This document shows, piece after piece, positions 9,359 to 19,252 of a stretch of DNA of 64,000 nt. Origin of the DNA: Planctomycetales bacterium (lineage in GTDB: Bacteria; Planctomycetota; Phycisphaerae; SM23-33); NCBI GenBank assembly GCA_030612725.1, contig JAUWNJ010000001.1:134648-198647 (forward strand). Direction: 5' to 3'. Numbering within the stretch: position 1 is the stretch's first letter; every line of letters begins with the position of its first letter. Under the pieces are notes generated by a model. The model made no database searches, was not told the origin of the DNA, and worked only from the letters and a program-made list of their open reading frames with translations. The position numbers and the translations under genes are program-made.

Positions 9359-9750
9359 CCAGACCTTCGCACATCATGCGCCGTCGGCTAGTCCTGTCAG
9401 CCTGTCTTATCGTCTGGGCCGGCGCGCTTATCGCCACTCACCTTCCCGCCGACCGACTGCCGATGGCGGGCGTCTCCGATAAGTTGCTCCATGCCGCCGG
9501 TTACTTCGTCATTTCCGGTTTGTTCTGGTTGACGTTGCGGGTTCACGGAGTTGCAGCGGGCAAACGCATCGCCCTTGTCTTTTTCACAATGCTCGCCTAT
9601 GCCGCAATTGACGAGATAACCCAGCCACTGGTCGGAAGGGATAATTCCCTCGGAGATTGGTTTGCCGACGCAACGGGCATGATTATCGCGCTGATACTTC
9701 TGGAATTGCTGACATTGGCCAGATCATGGTCGCCGCGACGGAAGAAATAA
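9355..9750 (+). CDS. VanZ-family membrane protein
   Basis: DKLLHAAGY and DEITQPLVGR...DWFADATG motifs. Overlaps the parA stop. Confidence 0.8.
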   Translation: MTRPSHIMRRRLVLSACLIVWAGALIATHLPADRLPMAGVSDKLLHAAGYFVISGLFWLTLRVHGVAAGKRIALVFFTMLAYAAIDEITQPLVGRDNSLGDWFADATGMIIALILLELLTLARSWSPRRKK

Positions 9751-9777
9751 CTCATAGGCTGGGACGGAGCCTACGGG

Positions 9778-11292
<1,515 letters not shown>

Positions 11293-11532
11293 GGCATCAC
11301 TCGCTCTCAATGGGTAATTAAGACTTTCATCGGCGTTTCAACGCCGCTTACCTTAATAGGCCGAAGCAACGCGCCCGTTCGCATAGCGAGCGTTGCACCC
11401 CGGCCGAGACCATACCCAATGTCGCGTGCAATGCAGCATGATACAAGTATTGTAAGAGATTCTCCCCGTTTTTCCAACGATATTCCGCGCCGAACTCAAA
11501 ACTTGCCGCTCGGACCTGACTTTTATTTGTGG

Positions 11533-12237
11533 TTATTTTTCCTGTGTAAGACGCTCGAAGCACTCTTGCGGCGAGGCCGACAGAATCTTCCGGGCTGCCT
11601 GTTTCTTAAGGGCCTCCAAAGCCTCGTCGCCGCAGGAGACGCCGCGATTCTTCATCGCGAAGAACTCTGACGGTATCAGGCCGGGTCGGAGACGAAACGT
11701 CAGCGTTTTACCCGTCGAGATCCGCCTGGCCTTGAAGGTGAAACTCTTCAAAGACATTCCCTTGGCCTTCTTTTTGGGCTTGGCGAGTTTTCTTCCGGTG
11801 TAAAATTTCATCACATCCCAAACTCCCCGCATGGCTCCGGCCACCGACAGTTCAAAATCCGCATCGGATGGGGTTTCATCGGGAAAGAGCGCGCCGGCTG
11901 TATATCGTATCGCCTGGTAGCCCGCGGCGATACCGACGCAAAGCCCGTCGTCGTGATCATCTTCCGGTTCGGCTTTGGATGATTTTTTCGGCGTTGCGGA
12001 TGTTACCGTTCCGGCGTGATCTTCGTGGGCGTGATGGTAGTCCATTGCCTGGGCGAAGGTGATGGTTTCGACTTTCCCGCCGGAGCGGCGAACGCGCAGC
12101 GGCTCGGTCTTCGCGCTTATTTTCTGAACGTCGGAAGGGTTGGTGCATCCGGGTTGGGTCAAAGCCCATCCGGTCAGGATCAGGGCGGCGACTACTGTCA
12201 ATATCGTTGGTTTTACCTTGTGCATTTCGTTCTCCAA
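11533..12237 (-). CDS. His-rich exported protein with FmdE-like motif
   Basis: Hydrophobic N-terminus ending in QPGC. YHHAHEDH...DHDDGLCVGIAAGYQA resembles the FmdE FHGH.CPG...GYRA signature. Confidence 0.55.
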   Translation of the reverse strand: MENEMHKVKPTILTVVAALILTGWALTQPGCTNPSDVQKISAKTEPLRVRRSGGKVETITFAQAMDYHHAHEDHAGTVTSATPKKSSKAEPEDDHDDGLCVGIAAGYQAIRYTAGALFPDETPSDADFELSVAGAMRGVWDVMKFYTGRKLAKPKKKAKGMSLKSFTFKARRISTGKTLTFRLRPGLIPSEFFAMKNRGVSCGDEALEALKKQAARKILSASPQECFERLTQEK

Positions 12238-12263
12238 TTAAACAGGTAGTGTCAAGAGCATAT

Positions 12264-12983
12264 TCAGGGTTTTTTCGCGCTCCAGAAGGGTTTGTCCCTG
12301 TTCCAGAAGCCCATGGGGACATTTTCTTTCGCGGATGCTGTAACGTGCGAGTCCAGAAAGACGATATTGAGTTTGTCCCGATGGCGGTAATCGAGATTTT
12401 CTGCGACGCAGGCGTGATAAAGAACGACTCCCGGACCCAGGGACGTACCCCAGCAGTCCGCCAGGGCGAGAACCTCCGAAGGACTCTCAAATTCCGGCAT
12501 CCTGCGATATTCCGTGTGGTCCGGCCTGCCCCCCAGTCCCCAAGTCCCGTTCATGCCGTAACTGAGAGCGTAGTCGCGCGACACGCTTGGCTCGCCCTGC
12601 CGCGGTCGGGTTCTCATTAGCTTTGACTTATCGTGACTGGGACACATAATCGCCGATGCCTTCTCCGGCAGGCCGATCAGATGCCCTTGGTCATCATACG
12701 ACAGTGAGACGCCGACATATTGCAGTAAGCCTTCGTTCATGAACCAGTGTTGCCGACTGACAGGCTCGCGATTCGGCGGTTCTGCCGAGGGTAGCCAATC
12801 GTCGTTTTCGCCGGCATAGAGATTCGTCGCCAGGCCCAGGTTCCGCAAAGTCGTACTGCACACGACCTGCCGTGCCGCCTCCTTGGCCATTCCAAGTGAA
12901 GGCAGCATGATACTCACCAGCAGCGCGATAATCGCCACCACGACGAGTAATTCGACTAACGTAAATCCCTTTTGCTGAAACAT
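12264..12983 (-). CDS. Prepilin-type N-methylation domain protein (DUF1559-like)
   Basis: KGFTLVELLVVVAIIALLVSIMLPSL..AKE.AR..VC, and a C-terminal H-X9-D motif (RHRDKLNIVFLDSHV). Confidence 0.9.
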   Translation of the reverse strand: MFQQKGFTLVELLVVVAIIALLVSIMLPSLGMAKEAARQVVCSTTLRNLGLATNLYAGENDDWLPSAEPPNREPVSRQHWFMNEGLLQYVGVSLSYDDQGHLIGLPEKASAIMCPSHDKSKLMRTRPRQGEPSVSRDYALSYGMNGTWGLGGRPDHTEYRRMPEFESPSEVLALADCWGTSLGPGVVLYHACVAENLDYRHRDKLNIVFLDSHVTASAKENVPMGFWNRDKPFWSAKKP

Positions 12984-13097
12984 TGATTTATTTCCGTTTT
13001 CAGAATGGGTGGCACAATCCCCAAGAGATTATGCCACCCGCTTTCTAAAGCCGGCAGATGAGCGGCGCGAATCTGCCGGAAACGATTTCAAGCCGTC

Positions 13098-13772
13098 TTA
13101 CTTTCCGGCACTTTCGCGTTGCTCAAGCGACGATCTTCGGGTGCGGCGACGCAGGAGCACCCCCCAGCTCCCGCATGCCAGTAATAGCATCGTTGCCGGT
13201 TCCGGAACGCTTCCAACGGCGTCGATGAACCTGCCGCTTTGGGGGCCGGCAACTTCCCTGATGACCTTTACGTAATGAACGTCATCCACCAACCCATTGA
13301 AGTCGAATTCAAGGTTGTCAAAATAACCCGCCATTCCGGCACCGATTGTGCCGATTTGGACGTAGTTGGCTTCCGCGTTATCGGGACTGGCCCAGACCGA
13401 TGAGACGCCGTTTGGCCCGCCGCAGGTAACGATCAGAAGATCGTCGCCGGTAACGTCTTTGAGTGCCGCGTCGAAGTGAACGGTAAAGGATGCGTCACCG
13501 AAAGACCTCCAACCGGCGACTGAATCCTGATCATCGCTCGCGTCCCAGGCGTAACCGTTCCCGTTCTGATCGCCATCCGGCGCGCCGGTCAACCACCAGG
13601 TCGTGGACGCCGTCATCAGTTCCGGCGACGCGAGGAAACCGTAGTTCTGAACGTCTCCCGTCCAGGCGGTAACATCGTCCGCCCAGTACCGACCGTCTTC
13701 CCATGCCGCGGAGGCCGAACCGGCCAACCCGACAACAAACAATGCTGCAATTGCAATTTTTCTGTGTTTCAT
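13098..13772 (-). CDS. PEP-CTERM sorting domain surface protein
   Basis: Signal peptide, Asp/Trp-rich body, C-terminal VPEPATMLLLACGSWGVLLRRR. Confidence 0.88.
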   Translation of the reverse strand: MKHRKIAIAALFVVGLAGSASAAWEDGRYWADDVTAWTGDVQNYGFLASPELMTASTTWWLTGAPDGDQNGNGYAWDASDDQDSVAGWRSFGDASFTVHFDAALKDVTGDDLLIVTCGGPNGVSSVWASPDNAEANYVQIGTIGAGMAGYFDNLEFDFNGLVDDVHYVKVIREVAGPQSGRFIDAVGSVPEPATMLLLACGSWGVLLRRRTRRSSLEQRESAGK

Positions 13773-13929
13773 GGTTTTTTCCTTTTCCTTTAAAACAAAA
13801 GCCCAAAATGGTTGTTGGGTGGGTCGGCCTTCGGGCTTACCTGCCTTGTCTTCAAGTACGTTCCATCAAAACCCTCTCTTTCACATTTTTGCTCACCTCC
13901 TTTTTCTCGTTTTAGTTCCTGTATCATGC

Positions 13930-13973
13930 AAAAAGGGAGCAGTCAGACGCATGGCGTCTTGAATGCTCCCTTG
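13930..13973 (-). terminator. Intrinsic terminator/attenuator between hemP and the PEP-CTERM gene
   Basis: Minus strand AAGGGAGCA-TTCAAGACGC CAT GCGTCTGAC-TGCTCCCTTTTT. Confidence 0.7.
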
Positions 13974-14001
13974 CTGGCTTGTTGCTGCTGGCTGGGTTGC
14001 G

Positions 14002-14220
14002 TTATTTCGTCAAAATCAACTTGTCGTTCCGCGTAATCCTCAAGCGGTACAACTCCTGACCATGACGTATTGTTATCTCCTGGCCGTGAGTGAAAAGGTT
14101 CTGCGAATCAATGACGGGCGCCGCCTCAACAGACTTTACCAAGCCGATAGCCGATGGGCTTACCGCTTCGCAAAATCGCTGCGAATCACACGAACCACTC
14201 TCTGAAACGTCTTTGTCCAC
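14002..14220 (-). CDS. hemP: Hemin uptake protein HemP/HmuP
   Basis: C-terminal VIDSQNLFTHGQEITIRHGQELYRLRITRNDKLILTK is the HemP signature. Start uncertain (GTG 14220 or 14244). Confidence 0.88.
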   Translation of the reverse strand: MDKDVSESGSCDSQRFCEAVSPSAIGLVKSVEAAPVIDSQNLFTHGQEITIRHGQELYRLRITRNDKLILTK

Positions 14221-14246
14221 AATAATCCCAATGAAAAACCACACTG

Positions 14247-14268
14247 AAAGTTTTATCTATCTAACATT
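14247..14268. promoter_or_regulatory. Candidate DtxR/MntR-type operator upstream of hemP
   Basis: AAAGTTTTATCTATCTAACATT, an imperfect dyad similar to 17905-17926. Confidence 0.45.
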
Positions 14269-14357
14269 GTATATAAACATAAACTTTCGTCAAGCAAAAA
14301 ATGGAGTTTTTTGGCGGAAATTTTGCGGGCAATTCTAACTTGTTCTATATCAGAGTG

Positions 14358-14513
14358 TTATGCTACATTTGTTTTATTTGAATTGCAGGAATTTCTCATT
14401 GGGCAGTGTCCGCAGGGGCCTTTTGCCTTGTCGGTGAGGCTCCGATAGAGCGACCATGCCGCACCGGCAAGGGCTACGAAAACAACAACGCCCACTATCA
14501 CGTATTCCCACAT
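14358..14513 (-). CDS. FeoB-associated Cys-rich small membrane protein (51 aa)
   Basis: Not in the ORF track. MWEYVIVGVVVFVALAGAAWSLYRSLTDKAKGPCGHCPMRNSCNSNKTNVA*, 12 nt after the feoB stop, with SD-like AAGGGA. Confidence 0.8.
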   Translation of the reverse strand: MWEYVIVGVVVFVALAGAAWSLYRSLTDKAKGPCGHCPMRNSCNSNKTNVA

Positions 14514-14525
14514 GTCCGATTTCCC

Positions 14526-16706
14526 TTATACCAGTCGTGAGCCGACTTGATAGACGATTGTCGTCAGCACCCACGCAAGTACGGTGAGGTAGGTTACCTG
14601 GAGCATCGCCCATTGCCACCCGGCTTCGCGCACCGTTACCGCCAAGGTTACCATGCAGGGCATGCTTATCAGGCAAAACAACATGATGCAGAATCCTATC
14701 AGCGGCGTGTATTTCGCAGCGAGTTTTTCGCGGAGATCCACGGATTCTTCGTCAACGTCGTCGCCGACCGAATAGAGCACGCCCATCTGTCCGACGAAGA
14801 CCTCTTTGGCGGCGAATGCCGCAATAGCGGCGGTGGAAATTTTCCAGTCGAATCCGCAGGGCTTGAACACCGGCGCGATGGTTTTCCCTGCCCGACCTAT
14901 GGCGGAGTGTTCAAGTTCGGCTTCACGCTCGGCGGCGTCGATCTTGGTGATCCGGTCGGAAATCTGTGTGGCGTCGGCCTGTTGTTCGGCCTGAACGACG
15001 GTGCGTTGTTGCTCAAAGACAGCCCGTTTTTCGTCGCCCAGTTTAGGCCAATACGCCAGCGCCCAGAGAACCACGACGATAGCAAGGATGATCGTTCCGG
15101 CCTTTTTTATGTAAAGCCAGGTCCGCTCCCACATATGTATCGCCAGTCCTTTGATTGTCGGCATGCGGTAGGGGGGTAGTTCCATAACGAACGGTGTGGC
15201 TTCACCTTTGAGGAGAGTTCCCCGGAAAATCTTCGCACAGATAATCGCCAATGCGATGCCTATCATGTAGATAAGAAACAACCATAGCGCGTGATTGGTT
15301 ACCGGGAAGATTCCAAAGAGCCACAAGACAATGTTTATAGGGAAGAACGCACCGAGTATAAGGACGTATATCGGCAAGCGCGCCCCGCAACTCATGAGGG
15401 GCAGCACGAGTATGGTGGTCAGGCGGTCGCGGCGGGTCTCCAGCGTCCGGGTGGCCATAATGGCCGGTACGGTGCACCCGAAACCTATCAGCATTGGGAT
15501 GAAACTCTTTCCGTGCAGTCCTATCTTGTGCATCAGGCGGTCGATAACGAAGGCGGCGCGGGCCATATAGCCGGAGTCTTCCAGGAACGCAATCGCCAGG
15601 AACAGCAGCATTATCAACGGCGTGAAGACCAGCACGGCTCCGACACCTTCGATAATCCCATCGACCAGCAGGCTCCGCAGTACGCTGTCAGCGCCCGATT
15701 CGCCCCAGAGTCCGCTGACGGCTCCGGCGAGGTCGCCTTTCCATCCGTCAAAGGCATCGACCACCGGATTACCCACCGAGAAGGTCAGTTGAAAGACCAG
15801 ATACATCAGGATCGCGAATATCGGCAGACCGAGGTAGCGGTTGGTCATTACCGCGTCGATTCTGTCGGAGTGCTCGTGGCGTCTCTCGACGGATTGCGTA
15901 ACGGCCTCGGTGCATGCGCCGGAAATGAACCCATATCGCCGGTCAGCGAATATAATCTCGGCAACGTCGCCGCAGATGCTCTCGATGTGCTTTCGGATTC
16001 GCTCGGCTTCGAGCGTCAGTTCTTCTATGTGTTCCGGGCACACCTGTCCGAGGCGTTTAATCGTTTCGTCGTCGTTTTCCAGTAGTTTTATGGCAAACCA
16101 TCGCGAGCGCTGCTTGCTGCACTTTTGTTCGACCAGTTCGGTCAGTTGCAGGATGTGCGGTTCGACTTCTCTGCCGTAATTGGGATATCGCTGCTCGGAT
16201 GTGGTTTTTCCGACCGATGCCAGGGCGGCATCGAGCAGTTCGGAGATTCCTTTGCCCTTATGCCCGACCGTGTTGACTATCGGAACGCCCAGCAGTTCGG
16301 AGAGTTTTTCCTCGTCGATGTTATATCCCCTGCTGGCGGCTACGTCCGACATGTTGAACGCCAGCACCAGCGGTACGCCCAGTTCCATCAGCTGCGTTGC
16401 CAGGTACAGGTTTCGTTCGAGGTTGGACGAATCCACGATATCGACGACCACGTCGGGCTTTTCGTCCAGAAGGAAATTGCGGGTAACGACCTCTTCGATG
16501 CTGTAGGCCGTCAGGCTGTAGGTTCCGGGCAGATCGACCACATCCAGACGGACGTCGCCGTGGGTGGCCGAGCCCGTCTTCTTTTCGACTGTTACTCCGG
16601 GATAGTTTCCCACGTGCTGGCGTGCGCCGGTAATGGCGTTGAAGACCGTTGTTTTACCGGAGTTGGGATTACCTGCCAGTGCAATCGTAAGATGCTTGTC
16701 TTTCAT
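14526..16706 (-). CDS. feoB: Ferrous iron transporter FeoB
   Basis: GNPNSGKT, VGNYPGVTVEKK, DLPGTYSL, GFGCTVPA, MSCGARLP, FVMELPPY. Confidence 0.97.
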   Translation of the reverse strand: MKDKHLTIALAGNPNSGKTTVFNAITGARQHVGNYPGVTVEKKTGSATHGDVRLDVVDLPGTYSLTAYSIEEVVTRNFLLDEKPDVVVDIVDSSNLERNLYLATQLMELGVPLVLAFNMSDVAASRGYNIDEEKLSELLGVPIVNTVGHKGKGISELLDAALASVGKTTSEQRYPNYGREVEPHILQLTELVEQKCSKQRSRWFAIKLLENDDETIKRLGQVCPEHIEELTLEAERIRKHIESICGDVAEIIFADRRYGFISGACTEAVTQSVERRHEHSDRIDAVMTNRYLGLPIFAILMYLVFQLTFSVGNPVVDAFDGWKGDLAGAVSGLWGESGADSVLRSLLVDGIIEGVGAVLVFTPLIMLLFLAIAFLEDSGYMARAAFVIDRLMHKIGLHGKSFIPMLIGFGCTVPAIMATRTLETRRDRLTTILVLPLMSCGARLPIYVLILGAFFPINIVLWLFGIFPVTNHALWLFLIYMIGIALAIICAKIFRGTLLKGEATPFVMELPPYRMPTIKGLAIHMWERTWLYIKKAGTIILAIVVVLWALAYWPKLGDEKRAVFEQQRTVVQAEQQADATQISDRITKIDAAEREAELEHSAIGRAGKTIAPVFKPCGFDWKISTAAIAAFAAKEVFVGQMGVLYSVGDDVDEESVDLREKLAAKYTPLIGFCIMLFCLISMPCMVTLAVTVREAGWQWAMLQVTYLTVLAWVLTTIVYQVGSRLV

Positions 16707-16725
16707 GGGTTATGTCCTGATAATA

Positions 16726-16905
16726 GTAGCCGGTAGTCAGTAGTAAAATCCGAATGTCGAATATCGAAATGCGAAACAATATCGAATCACCGAAATACGA
16801 ATTTTCAAAACGCCGTCCGGAAACTCCTGCCGTTATTGTTTTGAACATTTGAATTTTGTATTTCGAATTTGTTTCGGATTTCGTGCTTTGGATTTCGGAT
16901 TTTTT
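16726..16905. repeat. ~160-bp palindromic element of degenerate AAATCCG heptamers (copy 1), preceded by a GTAGCCG/GTAGTCA array
   Basis: Left arm ...CGAAACAATATCGAAT...TCAAAAC and right arm GTTTTGAA...GAATTTGTTTCGGATTTCG...GGATTTCGGATTT. Homologous to 19253-19412. Confidence 0.85.
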
Positions 16906-16914
16906 CACCGGCGT

Positions 16915-17169
16915 CTATTCCGGCCTGACGAGTATTCGATGTACCATTCCTCTTCCCAGGACGAATTTGCTTCCTTTTACCGATACGATGAACGGTCCGG
17001 GTCCGCGATTGATAATTTCCAGGTTCTCTCCCGGCGCCAGACCCATCTCGGCCAGGCGGTGCGTCAGTCCTCTTCCGGCGTTTCGCACTCCGGCGAATGT
17101 AACGGTTTGTCCTACCAGCGTCATTGCCAGCGGCATTGTCGGAAGCGAATTATTGTTTCGGTCGTTCAT
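16915..17169 (-). CDS. feoA: Ferrous iron transport protein FeoA
   Basis: RLAEMGLAPG...GPFIVSVKGSKFVLGRG, upstream of feoB. Confidence 0.9.
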   Translation of the reverse strand: MNDRNNNSLPTMPLAMTLVGQTVTFAGVRNAGRGLTHRLAEMGLAPGENLEIINRGPGPFIVSVKGSKFVLGRGMVHRILVRPE

Positions 17170-17876
17170 TCTTCGTCGGGTTCCACGGTAATGCCGGAGG
17201 CTTCGGTTTTCCTGAGTGTCAGGTGATATTTGCGGATGCGGATTTCGATCGGGTCGCCCAGCGGCGCGACTCGCTCGACCTTGAACGGCGTACCGGGAGT
17301 AACGCCCATGTCCATAAGCCTCCGACGTGCCGGACCGACCCCGCCGCTGATTTTCACGATTTTACCACCTCGCCCCGGTTTCATTTGATCCATTGTCGTT
17401 GTCAAGGTTGATTGCTCCGATGTTCCAGGCTGGTTTTGCCGGCAATAGTCCGAAAACTTTTTCGCCCATTCCGATCCGCCCTGCGGGCACTGTTGGGTGA
17501 ACGCCGCCAACAGGCTCAGCCGCTCCATTACGACATCATCCACCACGTGTTCCATCCGGCAGGCGTTTTCTTCAGCAACGGTAGGGGCGATGTTCAATAC
17601 GTCTATCAGGAAGGACATCAGTAACTCGTGCTTATCGAGGACCTTCTGGGCAAGTTCCGTTCCGCGAGGCGTAAGAGTTACAAACTGGTACGGGTCGTGG
17701 TTGACCAACCCGTCATCGGCAAGATGCTTCAGTGCCGCCGTTACCGACGATTTACTCACGTTGGTTGCTACGGCAATGTCGCGCACACGTGCCACACCGT
17801 CCTGACGCACAAGAACGAGCACGGCTTCGAGGTAATCCTCAAGACGACGAGTAAGTTTCAGACTCTTTTTCGCCAT
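17166..17876 (-). CDS. DtxR/MntR-family metal-dependent repressor with C-terminal FeoA domain
   Basis: EDYLEAV...ARVRDIA...VSKSSVT, KHELL..FL, ACRMEH, then RRLMDMGVTPG...APLGDP. Start at ATG 17876 or 17897. Confidence 0.92.
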   Translation of the reverse strand: MAKKSLKLTRRLEDYLEAVLVLVRQDGVARVRDIAVATNVSKSSVTAALKHLADDGLVNHDPYQFVTLTPRGTELAQKVLDKHELLMSFLIDVLNIAPTVAEENACRMEHVVDDVVMERLSLLAAFTQQCPQGGSEWAKKFSDYCRQNQPGTSEQSTLTTTMDQMKPGRGGKIVKISGGVGPARRRLMDMGVTPGTPFKVERVAPLGDPIEIRIRKYHLTLRKTEASGITVEPDEE

Positions 17877-17904
17877 TGACTGTTGCACTCGAGACATAAA
17901 CAGG

Positions 17905-17926
17905 AAAGTTTGCCTCCTAAAACAGT
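17905..17926. promoter_or_regulatory. Candidate DtxR/MntR autoregulatory operator
   Basis: AAAGTTTGCCTCCTAAAACAGT, an imperfect dyad just upstream of the repressor gene. Confidence 0.5.
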
Positions 17927-17960
17927 GTACGCCCCGTGCAACACGAGTCAAGAAGAAAAT

Positions 17961-19232
17961 TCAACTTGAGGGTTGGTGGGATTTATTCTTCGATGCCCGA
18001 CCTTCTGATTCTGTCAACGCCAGTCGCAGGTGGTTTATTGTCGTCAGTGCGGCGCGTCGGCGGATGATGTCGCGGGCGCCGCTGAAAATATGGCGATGAA
18101 CCTTTGACGAGGATGGCCCGGAAAGAGCGATATATACCAGTCCGACGGGCTTGTCGTCCGATCCGCCGTCCGGGCCGGCGATTCCGGTAACTGACAGGGC
18201 GAAATCCGCCCCGAATTTCTCTCTCACGCCGCGGGCCATTGTATCGGCCACCTGTTCGCTGACAGCACCGTGGGATTCGATTACTTCGGCAGGGACGTTC
18301 AGCGTCGCCGTCTTGGCGGAATTTGCGTATGCGACGATGCCGCCGAGGAAATATTCGCTGGCTCCGGGCGTCTCGGTCATCATCTGGCCTATCATTCCGC
18401 CGGTGCATGATTCCGCCGTTGCCAGCGTCATCCCGCAGTCCTTCAGGGCGTCGCCGACAACAGACGCAAGTGTCTGCTCGTCTTGCCCGAAGATGAGTTC
18501 GCCAAGTCGGTGGCGGATTTCATTGGCTGTGTTTTCGGCGGCAGCGTCGGTGTCGGCGGGCGTTTGTCCTGTGGCGACGATTCGTATAGAGATGATTCCG
18601 CCCTTGGCGGTCGTGCCGACCTTCGGATTGGCGTCGCGGGCCATCAGGTCGGCGATTCGCTCGCCGATGTCGGATTCGCCGGTACCGAATGCGTGGAGAA
18701 CCCTGCGTGCCAAAGCCCCAGCCACGCCCAGTCGAGGCGCGACTTGCCGCTCGAACATCTCGGTCATTTCATTCGGAGGACCCGGAAGGGCGAAAACATC
18801 AACCCGACCCAGACGTGCGGCGATACCCGGGGCTGTTCCACAATCGTTGTCCATCGCTTCTGCTCCGGCGGGAATCATTGCCTGGGTAAGATTGGAAGGT
18901 TTCATCGTCCGGCCGATCCGGTCGAAAAACGCCTTGATACGTTTGGCTGAATGTGCGTCTTCGATAAGTTCGACGCCCATGGCGTCGGCAAGTGCCCGGC
19001 GGGTCAGGTCGTCGAGTGTCGGGCCTAGTCCGCCTGTGATAATGACCAGTTCAGCCTCGGCGGCGGCGCCGATAATGGCTTGAGTAATCCGATTCGCGTC
19101 GTCGCCGACGGTAACGTGACGGACAGCGACGATCCCGCGTTCAGCCAGGCGGGCAGAAAGATAGGCGCTGTTGGTATCGACGCTCGCCCCGCCGATAAGT
19201 TCATCTCCGATTGATATAATGATTGTCTGCAT
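17961..19232 (-). CDS. cinA: CinA (molybdopterin-binding domain + NMN deamidase PncC)
   Basis: IGDEL..G..VDTNS, TGGLGPT.DD.T, LPGPP.EM, TAESCTGG, SVTGIAGPDGGS. Confidence 0.93.
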   Translation of the reverse strand: MQTIIISIGDELIGGASVDTNSAYLSARLAERGIVAVRHVTVGDDANRITQAIIGAAAEAELVIITGGLGPTLDDLTRRALADAMGVELIEDAHSAKRIKAFFDRIGRTMKPSNLTQAMIPAGAEAMDNDCGTAPGIAARLGRVDVFALPGPPNEMTEMFERQVAPRLGVAGALARRVLHAFGTGESDIGERIADLMARDANPKVGTTAKGGIISIRIVATGQTPADTDAAAENTANEIRHRLGELIFGQDEQTLASVVGDALKDCGMTLATAESCTGGMIGQMMTETPGASEYFLGGIVAYANSAKTATLNVPAEVIESHGAVSEQVADTMARGVREKFGADFALSVTGIAGPDGGSDDKPVGLVYIALSGPSSSKVHRHIFSGARDIIRRRAALTTINHLRLALTESEGRASKNKSHQPSS

Positions 19233-19252
19233 AGTACGTCTATATTAGAAGC

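Noticed and set aside
16669..16908. 79-aa ORF between feoA and feoB, and similar ORFs at 19289-19798 and 45223-45534
   Set aside because: Translations of the heptamer or decamer repeat elements, with no independent coding evidence.
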